From contig OX597817.1 of assembly GCA_951406725.2 (NCBI GenBank), positions 100,192,001 through 100,256,000 of the forward strand: DNA of 64,000 nucleotides, read 5' to 3'. Below the pieces are notes generated by a model. The model had not been told where the DNA came from and did no database searches. It saw only the letters and a program-made list of their open reading frames with translations. The stretch comes from Octopus vulgaris (lineage: Eukaryota). Shown here in pieces: positions 49,600 to 64,000 of this stretch (position 1 is its first letter; each line of letters begins with the position of its first letter). A program made the translations under genes and the position numbers.

Positions 49600-50450
49600 T
49601 GTGAGTTCTGGGTGAGCACTGTAGAAGAGATGAAGATGTCAAGTTGCAGGGGTACAATGGTCCTGTTTGACAAGTAACATTTGATTCAAGACTTAAAAGA
49701 CAGATGGAGCCCATAGACAGTAAATTTGAATCAATGTAGTTGATATTAAGGGCGACAACACTACTTTTTCCAAAGCATTTAAAAGTGAGAGCCACCATTT
49801 AATGACATGACAAGCAAATCTGTTGTAAATCTGGATCTGGAAATCAGTTCAGTGGTTAAGGAAGAGAGAGAGAGCAAGAGAATCTAGATAATAATAAAAA
49901 TAATTATCTGCAACAATTTCTGTCACTTTTGAGATGTTGGAAATGTGTGCATGTGAGAGGGAGAGAGAAAAAGAGTCAACAGTCAAAGAAGAGTGGGGTT
50001 ATGTCTGGAACTGTTTGAGTGTGATGGAAGAGATACCACCAGGACTAGTCACTTTGGTGGGTTTGAACTATCAGAGGGTTTTTTTCGGTGTAGATTTACC
50101 TCAAAGGATTATACAACAACTAAGCAGAAGTTTGAGGTGAGACATGCTGCTGGGTGTAAATTTGCAGTCATTTGATTCATTCATGGAAGGGAAGTCATCC
50201 TATGAGGCACAATGGCATCATCTGAAGATCCACTTGTCTAAGAAAGCTTTCATGGATGATGTAGAGCTGTTGATTAGGGATGAGAAATCAGAGGTGAGGA
50301 TTTTGCACAGACCAGATGAGCTGATAAACTGGGCTAGAATATGTTTTAAAGCAAAGAAGACTTGGAATGTAACACTTGTCAAGGGAAGAAAGAAATGAAG
50401 TGTGAGGTTGCAGAAGTCATGCTTACAATGGCAAGGGAGCCTGGGAAAAC
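49600..50450 (+). mobile_element. HERO-clade non-LTR retrotransposon RT relic
   Basis: FRCRFTSKDYTT..KFEV..AAGC and KAFMDDVELL...ELINWARICFKAKKT..VTLVKG resemble HERO RT (FMDD; W.RM.FKP.KSR). Confidence 0.7.
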
Positions 50451-51329
50451 TAGAACGAGTACTACTGAGGATAGGAGGATTTCTGTTTTGGTAAAAAAAA
50501 AATCTGTTGTAATTTTAAAGGTAAGACAGCAAGCAGGTTGTGTGATGTTTGACAACATCCTTTGCTTTTTTGATTGTAGTGGTGAGTTACAGCCTCCAAG
50601 ATGGTGACTTCTTTTTGTTTTTCTGGCCTGTACTCTATTAGGGTAATATCATCATCATTATTATGTTAATAACACCTATAAGGAGGTGCCTTTTCCATTC
50701 ACCAAAGTGAATGGCGCTTTGGTCAGGAGGAACTGATGTCACCAGACAATAGCCAATGTTCCTCAGATGTTTTGACCCTGAACCATAATGCCCTCCCATT
50801 GGTAGGTCAGTAGAGGTGGCCAAGTCATTGCTCCTCACTGGTTTCCAGCTTAACTCCTTTCTCTTACTTCAAAGCCAACAAGAAACTCTTTCAGCGGCCT
50901 TTCCCATCTTGTGCACAGCTACCCTTCACTCCTTTCCTCTCATTCCAATGGTTGTAAGCATCCTCCATGCCAACCTCAACTGGGAAAAAACCATACCTGC
51001 CATCCCTTCTCTTTACAAGCCTGCAGAAGGCTTCATTATTTGGCATGCTTCTGTTCATGGGCCTCGTCACACCCCTCTTCCCACAGGACTGAGTTCAATT
51101 AAAATCATTATGTGCTTTTCTTTAGACTTTATTATAAATAATTTGCATGTATCAGGGGACCACAGTTCTTGTATTTATTCTACTTTACTATTTCATTAGA
51201 TTTTAATCAGATTGATTTCCCATACCACCATATAGTTTATTTTAGATTTTAACTATTCTCAGTATGAATATCTTGATACACTAACATTGTCCTCTCTGCT
51301 CATATTTTTCATTGACAACCCTTTCTGTG

Positions 51330-52125
51330 TTGTCAGCCAGATTCTCGTCCCGGCCAACCTGGGCCCTCGGAAAGGAAGCTTCATTGTTTGAAGAGAATTG
51401 TGGAAAACGAACCCTGTTTGAAGGCTTCTGACATTGCAAAACAGCTAGAAGTTAGTCCAAGAACATATGTTACATATCTGCATAAGCTTGGGTATTATGG
51501 ACAAGCAGCTAGAAGAAAACCTCTCCTTCAACCAATTAATATCATGAAAAGAAAGAAATGGGCTAAGGAGATGTCAGAAAAGTCCAGTTCATTTTGGGAT
51601 AGAATGGTTTTCTCATATGAATTCAGATTTGCATTATTTTCAGACAGTGGATGTGTTTGGGTCTGGAGGCTTCCAAATCAAGAATTTGATTTGAAACAAC
51701 TCCAACCAACTGTGAAACATGACGGTATCTCTGTAATGGTATGGGGAGCTGTCACTAGCAATGGTCATTCTGAGCTGATCAAATGTGTTGGAACCATAAA
51801 CTCTGAAAAATACATCAAAATACTTAAGCAAGGACTACTTCCGGTGTATTCACACAATAACATAACAAAAAATGAGTTTTATTCATGGAAGATGGGGCTC
51901 CATGCTACATAGAGAAAAGAATCAACACTAGCTGACTAAAAATAGCATCAAAAAGCTTCCTTGGCTGAGCCAATCTCCTGACATGAATCCAATTGTAAAT
52001 CTTTGTAGCATACTAGATAGAGCTATATGAAAAACTCAACAGAAACCTAAATCTAAAGATGAATTGTTTTGATTGTTGTGTGACAAGTGGGCAGAAATTC
52101 CACAAGAGACAATCACAAAGCACAT
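51330..52125 (+). mobile_element. Tc1-like transposase relic
   Basis: ORF 51388-51912 ([27 protein letters not shown]) then WLSQSPDMNPIVNL. Confidence 0.88.
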
Positions 52126-52529
52126 CATAATTTCAAAATTAAAGGTATCTATTTACATCCTGCATCTCTGTGAACATATACACAACAGATTCTTTCAGTT
52201 TCCATCCATTAAATCTACTCACAAGGCTTTGGTTGGCCTGGGACTACAAGAGAAAATACTTGCCCAGGGTACCATACAATGGAACTGAACCCAAAACCAT
52301 GTAGCTGGGAAGCAAATTTCTTAATTAATTACAACCAAATCTGTGCTTAGCTACTCCTGTGCATCATAGCAAAAATGAAAAATGATTGTTGAGAAGTCAC
52401 TAAATGTTTACACTCTGTGAGATGTACATTCACTTCCATAAATTAATGAAAGGATTACCACCATTTCTTACAATTCCATACACAAGCCTTACTTCCACTA
52501 AATAATGCTTACTGTGACCGTTAATAACA

Positions 52530-53400
52530 GGAAATGGCATGGTTTAAGCTCACTGCTTCCAAGTCCTTCCCTAGTGGTCTCTGTATGGACCACTATGTCC
52601 TCATATTCTAGGAATGTCACACACTTCTGTCACCTCAGAAGCTATCCATTTTCTTCCATTCCTTATCTGGAGGAATGATATCAAAAATATCATAACTTGT
52701 CTAATAACAATGCCAATATTTTTCCATCTACACTTAGTAGGAAAATTGGCCTCAGCTGGTTAAGAGTTGATGAGTTCTGCTCTTAGGGGAGGTAGATACT
52801 TTCTGCTCATGATCACTTTCGAAAACAAAGAATAACATGTTGGTTAGAGTAGATTTGGTATGGCAGGCATCTTGTCCAGAGACCCTTTTATCATACATCT
52901 TTGATAAATGTCTGGGGATCTTGCATTCAGATATCTCCAAGATTGATTAAATTTTGCTCCTGGTGCTGTTAGTTTTGGTATCCTTCAGATTAGTGGTACA
53001 GGGATATCTCAAAGATTGTCACTATACATTTTGTACAAGTGTCTCCACCTTTGCTACATATCAATTTATCATTTCTGCTATCCTGAAACACATCTCTTGT
53101 CAACTTGTAAAGATCTTCAAAAACTTTCTTTGGCTCTACCACCTGAGCCTTCTTTCTCAATATGTACCAGCTGGCAGAGAAACTTCTTAACATCATCAGA
53201 GAGCAGCTTCAATAGTGCCTTTTCTTCTTCACATGCCTCAATCCATCTAGTCCTCAGAGATTTCTTCTCCCTCCTCACTTCTTCTATAAAGTGACTCCTC
53301 CTGCTAGTACTTTCTGGTATATTCTTGTCTCCATTTAGTGTGCCAAACAGTTCCTTACATGTATTATATATTTGTAGTAGCTGAGGTCACCAATTGTGGC
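52530..53400 (-). mobile_element. Second HERO-like LINE relic
   Basis: Minus strand SRR..IEEVRREKKSLRTRWIEACEEEK, QLRPIFLLSVDGKI and RKWIASE...DIVVHTETTREGLG segments. Confidence 0.6.
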
Positions 53401-55332
53401 GAGTGAAGTGACATGCCATATCACATCGTTATGATGTAATTGGCTATCAAATGTAGCATGTAGATGTAACGTTTGAAGGTTCTCACATTGGAGTAACCAG
53501 TGAACATCGAAGAATCAGCACCAAGAAAGAAGAAATATTTATATATATTTATTTTTGTTTGTCTGACAGGTAGCTAGAGATACAGCAATAATTGTAGTGG
53601 CAGTGACAAGTTCGCTTGCAGGTTGGTAGTGTAGAAGTTGCTGTCTGTCAGTATAGAGGGAAAGAGTAAGGAATGCAAAGTGCTGACTGGAAAGGAAGAA
53701 AGGATAAAGGTGGCATTGTGACTAAAAGCTTCTCTTTGTATGTCTAGTGAAATACAAAGGGAAGTGTTGCTCCTTGGTCATAGCTGACACAAAAGAGGAA
53801 GAGACTGGAAATGTTTTCTGTTATATAGACTATGGTCGGTAATGTAGGTCAAATCCTAAACAAAAGATTGACCTTTCTTTGACCAGCATAAGTCCTTGGG
53901 GGTCAAGTGTTTCCCCATCAATCATCTGGTGTGGAGAGGAAAACAAATTCCCGCTTGTTTTGACAAACAACAAGCGGGTGGATTTGGTTTCAGGTCTCAG
54001 GCAGGGCCAAGAGAGGTCCCTACAGATTGAATCAGCAAGTAACTGGAGCTCTTCTTCCACTGTCAGTCCCCTTTTCTTGGTTCCCATCTTCTTCAGTATT
54101 GCACTTTCAAACTTCTTGTAGGCTGATAGTTCATTTGCTTTTGGTCACTTAATCTTCACTCACCTGTCCTCTTATCCTCTGAATGTCTTTTAAAGTAATC
54201 TTTCAGAAGTAGAGAATATGAATACTTCCAATTCAAAATCACTATTCCAAGGTTTAATGTAAAACTCTTTATTATCAGTGAATTTTTAAAATCATAAAAA
54301 AAGATATTTTTCACAAAGTATTTCCTCTACTAGTATTTTATACATATTCATTGATTATGGATCCTCCTTATCATAACAAATGTTTCTTCATAGACAAGAA
54401 ATAGCTGTCAATAAAAACTTAAGGTACAATAATGGAGTTATAAAAAACAATCATTCTAGTTCTGGAATCTTCTAGTCACAATGGGAATGGATGTAATTGA
54501 GTTCACTACATTTAATTTGCTCCCCTCTTGTTCTGTTCAAGAAAACACCATACAAGGCAATGTTGAAGTATCCAGATGTCTATCTTCCTATCTGCTACTG
54601 TCATCAGAGTATGCTTTAACAAAAATGCAAATGAAGCAGCTGAAATTCTTGAAGACAAAATGCTTAAAATTATTATGTAAACTAGTTGAATAGGAAATAA
54701 ATATCTATAAGGTCATCTAGAACCAGCAAAAAAAAAATCTATGCAACAATCTTCATATATTGAAGTCTTATCCAAATAATTCTTTATAACACAACTCCTT
54801 TTGCATATCACATGAAGGAAGTAGTGCATTTGAAACACCAATTTAACAAAGTTGCTTATTTCATTTAGCAGTAATAACATTTTATTAAGGCTTTTATTAC
54901 TACAATGAATATAAAGTTTGCAATAATATTTGTAACTGGAACACAAGGTCCCCAAATAATGTCACCTTCTACTAGATTAATATTCTTTTTAATTTTGTTA
55001 GTCTATCAAGATAAAAATCATCAGGTGATATAAAGGCAGATCCCTAGGGATTTCGGCTTTGATAATTTCTTATTTGATATTTAGAATTTTATTTACATTA
55101 GAAAATTTTTTAAAATAAAGATGAATAGTTTTATAAATAACTGTAAAGGATTTAGCTAAACAGTTTTATGGAAATTTTGTTGTGAGAAACTGAAGAAATT
55201 TGTTCTTCAGATGCATTAATAGTATATTTCTAGATAGATCTAAAAGTAAAACATAATGGAGATACTCAAATGTACTAAATATACTTCTCAAATTTCATGT
55301 ATAAGAATGGAAACAGTTTATTTCTAAAGGAA

Positions 55333-55537
55333 AGGTGTCAAGCTGGTAGAATCAAAAGCACACCAAGTAAAATGCTTAGTGGCATTTCGTCTGGGTTCAA
55401 ATTCTGCTGAGGTTGACTTTGTCTTTTATCCTTTCAAGGTGGATAAAATAAGTACTAGTTGAGTATTAAGGTCAATGTCATCGACTAGCCCCATCCCCCA
55501 AAATTTCAGGCCTTGTGCTTATGGTAGAAGGGACTAT
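55333..55537 (+). mobile_element. SINE family 2 (Nin/Deu-like core)
   Basis: AGCTGGTAGAA A-box, GGTTCAAATTC B-box, GACTTTGTCTTTTATCCTTTCAAGGTGGATAAAATAAGTAC core; relatives at ~37222-37348, 40075-40275, 15770-15900. Confidence 0.7.
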
Positions 55538-57654
55538 TTCTAAAAGAAGTGTTATTAAATTAGAAATTCTAAGTCTGAAATAGGGAAATAATAAATAAAA
55601 AGAATCTAAATATCAACTTGCAATATCTACATCAAAAAATTTATGCTATCTGTATAAATTTCCTGTCTCATCACTTACAATTTTCAAGCAAGCACAGGCG
55701 TGGATATGTGAAGATGTTCACTTAATATCCACATGGTTTCAGGTTCAGTCCCACAATGCAACAACATGGGAAAAGTCTCCTACTATTACCTCAGGCCAAC
55801 TGATCTTTGTGAGTGAATCTGATGGATAGAAACAATATTAAGTCTCACACATATCTGTGTGTGTGCATGTACACATACATGCAAATATGCATGAATCTTA
55901 GTATTTTGCCTGTCACCATTTGAGTGCAGTGGTGCTGATACTGACATTGTTCACATTTATTCCTGATCCCTTTGTGCTTCTGGAATACAAAAATCCCTTA
56001 CCTGAAAAAAAGTGAAGATTAGTGACAGGAAGGGCATCAGGCTGTAAAATTCTACCTGAAAATCAATTCCCACCCAAGATATACTAACATGAAAAAAATA
56101 AGAGGATGTGAAATAAATGAATGGCCATAAAGATACACAGACACAAAAATAGCATCAATTTCAATGATGTAAAAACATACATTAGAGGTATTGTCCCAAT
56201 AAACAAAAAGAGGGATGGTCATAGGTGGAAAGCTTTCATCATAAATCTTTAATTCAATCAAAGTTGACTTCAGGGTAAACAACTGTTTGCAGCAATTTGG
56301 AAGGAAAAACAAATGTGTCAGTTAGGCATCATCATCTTATATCTGCTTTCCATGCTGGTATGGTTTGGATGGGTCTTCATGTCTGAATCATCTTCCATTG
56401 GGAGCCACTTTAACCATAAACTGGTGCTCATATTTGGTTTGGTTTCTACAGCAGGATGCCCTTCCTTTTGCCAACTGCTTTACAGAATGTGCTGTGTGCA
56501 TTTTCTCATGGTACCATACTAGAAACATTGAACAGCCCTTGGTGAGACAGGACAAGAGGAATCCTACAACCCTACACTTTCTCAAGTTGGGGTGCACTGT
56601 ATGTAATAAATATAGAGTGTACTCAGTAATGTAAAGCATGTAAACCAAGACAGGGAAATGAGAGAGAACAATAGCACCAGAAAAGCCAGAAATGGGTACA
56701 GGAGATGGGGAATAGAGGTGTAGGCAAAGGTGTCATTTGCTCTGAGGAATGAGAGAGAACAATGACATTAGAGCAGAATGGATAGAATGAGAGCAGCAAA
56801 AATGTATTGGGAAGAAGGCAAGGATATGTAGGGGTGATGTTGGGAGGGCAATCTTTGGTAATAGCAGAGGTGGTAAAAAGTAAGAATGAATGGGTGAAAA
56901 GAGCAGTACGAAGGGAAAAGGCAGGGTTATTTAGGTGAAGTCAAGTAGTAGTGGCAGGGTGATTGACAATAGCAAAAATGGACAACAATAGGGATGGGTG
57001 ATGAGATAAAGGCAAGAGTGGGTAAGGGGTTACAATAGAGAGTGAGAGAGAGAGAGAGATTGTTGGCTGGCAGCACAACAGAGTGAATAGTACATTTTAC
57101 AAGCAGATGATAGTGATCTAATTCAGCTTTTTGAAGATGAGGAGGTAGAGTTATGAGAATGGTGCTATTAGAAGGTGATGGGGAGATGAATGATAGAGGG
57201 TTATGAATGATAAGGAAATAAGGAAGCAGAAGGAAAGTGAGTAATCAATATTTGTCAAGATTATAAAGCAGAGTACATTGCATTTCTAAAAGTTATTGTT
57301 TGTGTCAGAGTACATGTTGCTATGGGTGGGTGGATCTGCTGTAGCATTGTGTATTGCCAATCAGTATGGTCGCTTATAAGGTGCAGCATCTTCAGATCAA
57401 CCTTCACCACTAGTAAGTCTTCCTTGATCTCCCTCTTCCATAGGTTCCATTAAGTTGAAGTGTTCAGCTGTTCCTTATACAACAGTTGTCCTTCATGCAC
57501 ATTACATGCCCAGCATGGATGCAGTCTGAATGGTACCAGTGAAAGAATGTTTATAAAAAATTTGCTATACATGGAAGCACAAGTTATTGTCAAAGTATTA
57601 CCTTTGCGATAGCAGTTTAGTCCCAGTATTTCAAAGTAAAAAATCCATATAGTT

Positions 57655-57990
57655 AAGAAGCTCACTTTGCATCAATGTAGTTTCAAGTTCAGTCCTACTG
57701 CTCAACACCTTGGGCAAGTATCTTCCACTATAGCCCCAGGTCTTGTGATCACAACAGAAACTGAGTGGAAGCCCATTGTGTATGTATGCATATATATATA
57801 TATATGTGTGTGTGTGTGCTTGTCCTCCCACATTATTTGACAATCAGTATTAGTTTGTTTGCATCCCCATAACTTAGCAATTCAGTAAAAGAGACCAGAA
57901 TAAGTACCAGACTTAAAAATTTAGAACTGGGTAGTGACCCATCATTGTTGCTGTCCAGTGATTGAAACAAGATAAAGCATAAGAGTTCTA
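57655..57990 (+). mobile_element. SINE family 1 copy
   Basis: GTTCAGTCC head, CACCTTGGGCAAG core, internal (TA)(TG) tract, matching tail. Confidence 0.7.
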
Positions 57991-60900
57991 AAAGAGCATA
58001 AATTTTAATCAGAAGAAACCCAATGGAAAAGTCCAGAAATCAATAAATGAATTTAAATATCTACTAAATACAATGGAGAACAATCCAATTCAAACAAACT
58101 CTGACAGTAAATATTGAAAACTTTCCATAAAGCCACTTTTAAAAGACAGCTGTCTTGAAATATTGTTTGCAAAAATTATTTTAATAACTGAAATTTTATA
58201 ATGAAATGGAGTTAAAATATATGTTATATATGTTAGAATATAACAAAGATGGAATTGGAGAAAATGTACAAAATCGTTTTTTTCTCCAATATCTCAAAAC
58301 AAAAGAAGCAATGTGGAGTTCAATAGAACAACTGAGAACAAAATATCTCCAAGCAGATTTTCAATTTTTAGAAAAGCTTTGATTTTAATCAGAGTATGTA
58401 TAAAGCTAGTTCAGTACTACTTGATTAAAGCTTTGATATAATTGACGTAAGCAGTCTGAAATCCTGAGTCATGCAGTTTTAGAGGAGTATTGCATGCAGT
58501 GTGCTGTCCAAGATTAGAGACTATAAAGACATTAAAAAAGTGAAGAAAAATTCATAATAAAGCAGTAATAACAACTAAATATATGAATAATTTTATTCTG
58601 GTTGTGTCAAAACATATATACTCTTATTGAAAAATTGTACACCCATACATTTTTCAAACTATTGCACTAACTCTATTTTCTATAACAGCAACAGTTAATA
58701 GTTTTACTATCAAAAGACAAATAAAACGATTTTGTTAGGGTTGTCAAGTAGCTGGAATTTAACTTTTGAATTCTCTTAATCAATGTTTCTAAAAATAAGG
58801 TCTGCTAATCACCTACAGATCCTTGCCTGTTTGGTTATTGTTTTTTTTTTTAAACTCTGCTGGGTCTTTGCGTCTTTTATAAAACAACTTTTAAAAGAAG
58901 CAAGGTCATATGCAGAGACACTAAGAGAATCCATAACATACATAATGCAAGGTTGATCATACTGTAGAAAATTTGAGACAGGATAAAAATGTAAAACTAG
59001 AGATGGGATTCAAAGAATTATTTGAAAAATAATAGAAGATACAAATTACATACAAAACCCCAAATACAAGGTTGGCTGGCTAAACTGAAACTGTGAGTTG
59101 AAACATTTCAAAGCCTGCAACTAAGGCAAATGAAAAGTCAGAAGCAAGAAACTCCTTCACATGTATATTTATTGGAAAATAAAGCAAGCTGCTACTAATT
59201 ATGTCTACCATCAAAAGCTGTAACTGACTGACTACAAATATAGAAGGCTGAACAAACCTTTTTTTTTTTTTTTGTCTCAGCCATGTTTTTGACCTAAATG
59301 CAATCCAAATAGCAGATCTCAGTATAATGACACTGTTATAACAAGCAGACTTATCCATAACTCTCCACATCCAAAAAGTCATACAGATTCAGATATGACC
59401 AGTTTTACAGCAACCTTTAACATCATTACTAAGGCTGAATTCTTGCTTTGCATTTCAGAAGGCTTGACTTTAATTATACTGCAGTCGGTTAATACTGAAT
59501 TTCTTTTTATTCACAAAGATTCTCATTTTCCCTCCCATGTCCTTCAGATGGCTGAAAAACTTTGAGGTTCTCTCAACCCTATTAGAACTGGCTACATGAA
59601 TACTCCAACCCCAGGAAACATGTGACCCTTTACCTAAGTTATTTTTATCAGTCCTAGCTATCATCCTGTTTACAGCATGTTTTGTTTTTTCTTTTTGCAA
59701 GGTTGGTCAGGTTGATGGATGTAAACTAGCCAGAAAGAAAACATTTCCTGTAATCTTAAGCTTAACCAGAGTATGGTAAACTGTTGCCTTTGTACATATT
59801 ACTAGAGGTGTAATGTGGAACATGTTCAGCACAGCTCATTTCACAAATAACACTAGTTTGCAGTAGTTTTGCTTGCTTGAAGGGGAAGGAGGTTTTAGGT
59901 TTATTTGGAGTTTGATTATATCAAATATGATATCAGTTTTTGTCTTACATTGATTTTAGGAAAGTTATCAGTTGTGTTCTTCACTTTAAACCATTCTGTT
60001 CATTTAAGATTAAGGCCAAGATAATTTTTTTCAATTTTATACACACAATCACCAAATTACAAATTTAAAAAAGAAAACCCCCAAAAAACAGAAAACAAAA
60101 TTATAGTAATAAAGACAGATACATACAACACCATAAAAGTATACAGTTTAATGGAAGGAAATGTTTTTGAGGTTATGTTCCTGAAACAGAAATTTTTAAT
60201 ATAGAGTATCATCTGGCAGTTATTAATTGAAAAAGATTATAATGTAAACAAACTCCTACTAATGAAGAATAGTCTGTAAACTTTGAAAGATTATGAGAGT
60301 GGAAAAAACATTTTGAAATGTATCTTTGTTAGATTTTTCCAGGCTAATTTGTATACAATGATCTATGCTTGAAGCTATGTGTCTTACTTATTCCAGCATT
60401 TGTTGCTTATATCTTCAAGTACTCACTTTCAATGAAAATTAGTTTTATACTGTATTTCAAGGCTGTCTGTCATTATTATGCTAAACTTGTAAAATATGGA
60501 TAATACTAGTGGGTATAGTAAGTGGAAACACAGCTTGGATATCTTGTCAGATTTGTGAGTCTTTTCCCACAGAAAAAATCATCAACTTGTTACAAATATG
60601 CTCTTTGTTAGGAGAGCATATTTCATATATTTCAGAGTGAAATTGGGTATCCAAGACAAACCATGAGATCCTCACTCAACCAGACAAACTGGTGTTGTAA
60701 ATCTGAAGTAATGGACCAAAAGCATAAGGAAGACAATGAGCTTTGGTGTACCAATGAATGGTTTAGAAGGAACAAAGAAACCACTTTAATGATCACTATT
60801 TATGTATGGTTGATAACCCAGGAAATAACTCCAAGACTAATTCAAAGACAGATTGCCTTCATTCACAAGACAAGTACCATTTTGTGTCGAAGTATCTGTT

Positions 60901-61800
60901 TCTGTATTCAATAAGTCTGTCATCAATGAATCTTAGTGCTGCACATTGGCAGGAAGCACTGAAACTTACCTGCAATCTGTAAATATAAAGATGCCTAAGT
61001 TCTTCACTCAACCTGAATTAACAAACAATGCATGGTTTACATCTTCTAAAGATCTCAGAAGAATCACTGGGACTTACACTGAATCAAAATAAAACTGCTA
61101 GCTCTGGGAACACAATTTAGTTTTTATCAACAAAGAAAAAAGGATTTCTTGCACTTCTTTAGTATGGATGATAACAGTTTACTGCTATAATGCTAAAGGT
61201 TTGCTAAATGAAGCGAGATGTCAATATGAATCAAACTATATCTAATTTTCATTAAAATAAACAATTTATTACATAAATGTAAGTGTAAATTGCTAAATCT
61301 TCACATAAAGTAAACTAATTATACTAAATATACCATACAGTATACTAAATATACCATACAGATGATGCATTTCATAAGTACTAAGTTGCTAGTATTTGAA
61401 AATAAATTTCTGAAGAAAAAAAATGACATGATGCAAATTCTAAGAAAGAGTTTTGAAATCAGTTCCCCAAGATTAGATAAGACAGAAACCTTCCAAAATG
61501 CAGCCTAGTGATTCCAATAACTCTAGTACAATCTATAACATAAAGCAAAAATACCCCTCCCCCACCGAAAAAACAGTACTATCAAAGGTGTAATCTAAGA
61601 CCAGTCATATGCAAAATATTAGCTCTTAATTCACAATACTCATAAAAGATAATATTTTGAAAACAATCTGTTTAGCTGTCTAACCCTGTATATTGGCTAT
61701 TCAAAATCATGGCAAGACACACACAAAAAAACAAACAAAAAAACTAATGGGAAAAAAATGAAAGAATGATTTTTTAAGAATTCGATAATTTTAAAAATAT

Positions 61801-62024
61801 TTAACTGTTCTGATACTAACCCACACAAAACGGTCTCTGATTCAATGATGCAAACTTCCTGTTTTAAAGAAATCTAAATTAAAAGCTTTCATCAAAATTT
61901 CATGTCAATTTATGTTCTAAACATCATCTTAAAAACAAAATTATTTTATTAAATTCTTCATTACTTCTAAAATTAATTGAAACAACATTGTATTTCAGTA
62001 TAAATATGGTAACAAAAAGGTTAA
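61801..62024. mobile_element. piggyBac-like (TTAA) MITE
   Basis: TTAAC...GATAC start and GGTAACAAAAAGGTTAA end; body matches 49281-49490. Confidence 0.55.
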
Positions 62025-64000
62025 ACATTTTTAGAAAAATAATTTTAAGATTGAAGCTAATTCTCAAAATGATATCACCTTTAATCCAAGTAAACTAATT
62101 CATTTATAACAATATTACCTTTATTTATAATTATAATCCATTGAAAATTTTTAATTAAAAATATGATATACAAGTTATGTCAAAACTGATCATTTGAAAA
62201 TTTAATGAAAGTTAGTTTTACATTTTCTTTAACCCACACATGTAAATGCATAGAAATATTGAGCATATGTCCTAATCCCCAGAGTAACATTACATTAGGC
62301 AATAAATGCCTATTTGATTTCCTCTTTTTTATATATTTACTTATCAACAAATAGTTATCCATAGAAATCAAGATAACTCAATAAATTCTCAAACATGTTA
62401 AAATCAATTTAAACCGTACAACAAAAATTCTCTGAAATTTATGAGCAAACTACCAATAAATATATCAGTTGGGAATTAAAAACACCCATTGATAAAACAC
62501 CCAAGCATCAGTTATTGTGAGATAAAAATGAAAAATTGTTTTAAATGCTGTTAAATAGAAATATAAAATGGAGAGGGTATTAATATTAAACCACTTAGGA
62601 TTTTTTTCTTTTAAAATTTGGATATTTGAAAAAGGAAATTTAATGCAATAAAAGACATTTTAAAAATAAGATTTATAAAAAAATAAAATTTTAAAACATT
62701 CTTCAACCTCAAAATTAATTTTTTTTTAGACAATTTAGAGTATTAAGAAGGGTCAGTTTATATTAGGCACAACCAATAGTAAATCTATAAACTGTGAAAA
62801 ATAGGGAGCACCAACAATTTCAAATTTAAAGCCCATAAGACTGTTAAATATCACTTTGCTTTACACAGAAAATAAAGTTCAAAAGCAATTATGCTTATGT
62901 AAACTGTGTGTATGTGTATGTGTGTGCACGCAAAATGTATAATTGCCCTAAATATACCTGCTTCTGGATTTATTTTAGTTATGTTTGGTGAGATATATCT
63001 CATAATGTTAATGGAGGGATAAAATGAAAAAGCATTAAGAGCAACAGCGCAAAAATCCAAAAAATTCCAATTTAGTATAAAAACTTCCCAGCAGACTTCA
63101 AGCTGTTCTTAATGCTTTCTACGACATCCTTTTATGGCTGTAAACAATAACCACATACAGGAGTAATATAATAAATCAGCAGCGTGTAAAGACGGATTTG
63201 AAATGTTTGAGATTCTTGAAAAGAAATTTGATTTAATCATTGATCCAGATCACATGGTGGACATGTGTCAAGGGCTTCAGTTCGAGATCTTCCACGATGC
63301 AACATCTGAAAAAAATAACAAAAATTTCATTTGTAACAAAAAAGTACAAGTTAAATGTTGCATTGACTTAGAAACTGAACAAACATAATTAGAAATGTCA
63401 AGGTAGAAATAATGGCAAAAGTCCAAGATGATCATTGCCAGGAATTTAATATTCTAAGATTATCATTGCCAATATTTTCACATTTCAAATTGATAAAACG
63501 ATATGAGAAAATTAAAATATTTGTCTTCTAGTTTGAACTCAACAACTTGTTTCCCATCATCATTATTTAATGTCCACTTTTCCATACTTGCATGGGTCAG
63601 ACTATGTCTAAGATAACAGTTAAGATAAAAGCACCATCATATATAAACAAATTTTTAAGTATACAGATATTTTTAAAAATCAAAGATGGCATTGATGTAC
63701 AAATGTGTGAGAAAGGGAAAGTCTGCCTGAACTCTTACTATTTATATTTATTTTCTAAAGCTATATTCAGTTACCCATAGTTTAATGTCTATTGTTCATA
63801 ATTAGGTACATAAACAAGATTTCAACATTAGCTCATTTTATACCAAATAGTACATAAAGCGGAAGTATTTTGTAGTTACATAAGGATATGCAATTCACTT
63901 GCTATAAATATATGATATCACAAACAAATGTACAATTTATATTTTCTGAAGCTACATTCAGTTACCCATAATTTAATGTTTAATATACTTACAAATTTGA

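Noticed and set aside
53830-54121. 85-aa and 80-aa ORFs on opposite strands
   Set aside because: No recognisable motif or splice context; probably decayed repeat next to the HERO relic.
56650-57250. Strongly purine-skewed tract
   Set aside because: Low-complexity (GA)-rich sequence with no periodic or coding structure.
61320-61361. 21-bp tandem duplication (also 24 bp at ~3599-3646 and a ~190-bp-spaced repeat at 63741/63936)
   Set aside because: Ordinary local slippage duplications with no further structure.

Overview
AT-rich, repeat-dense animal genomic DNA. The SINE/RTE/microsatellite landscape suggests an octopus-type cephalopod (inference only). One complete spliced gene is on the + strand: cyclin-dependent kinase 20 (CDK20/CCRK), with a probable non-coding first exon (~12440-12717), an RFX X-box at the promoter, and 10 coding exons (15141-47924; 1023 nt, 340 aa, all GT-AG). 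Introns and flanks hold about 12 RTE-clade LINE copies or fragments, HERO- and R4/Dong-like LINE relics, mariner/Tc1/pogo relics, a Helitron, several SINE families, MITEs, and a young non-autonomous Gypsy-type LTR element (tRNA-Leu PBS, PPT, GTAT TSD). Highlights: (1) three unrelated small repeat families carry type I hammerhead ribozyme motifs, two in ~355-bp tandem units (retrozyme/Penelope-like), one essentially intact and one with a G3-C8 core swap; (2) the RTE reverse transcriptase has a C4HC3 PHD finger inserted inside it; (3) this CDK20 has a CDK1/2-type PSTAIRE helix; (4) the LTR element has mismatched U5 ends and a 397-bp inverted templated insertion; (5) oppositely oriented RTE copies bracket two CDK20 exons. 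All calls are from manual reading; no searches were run.
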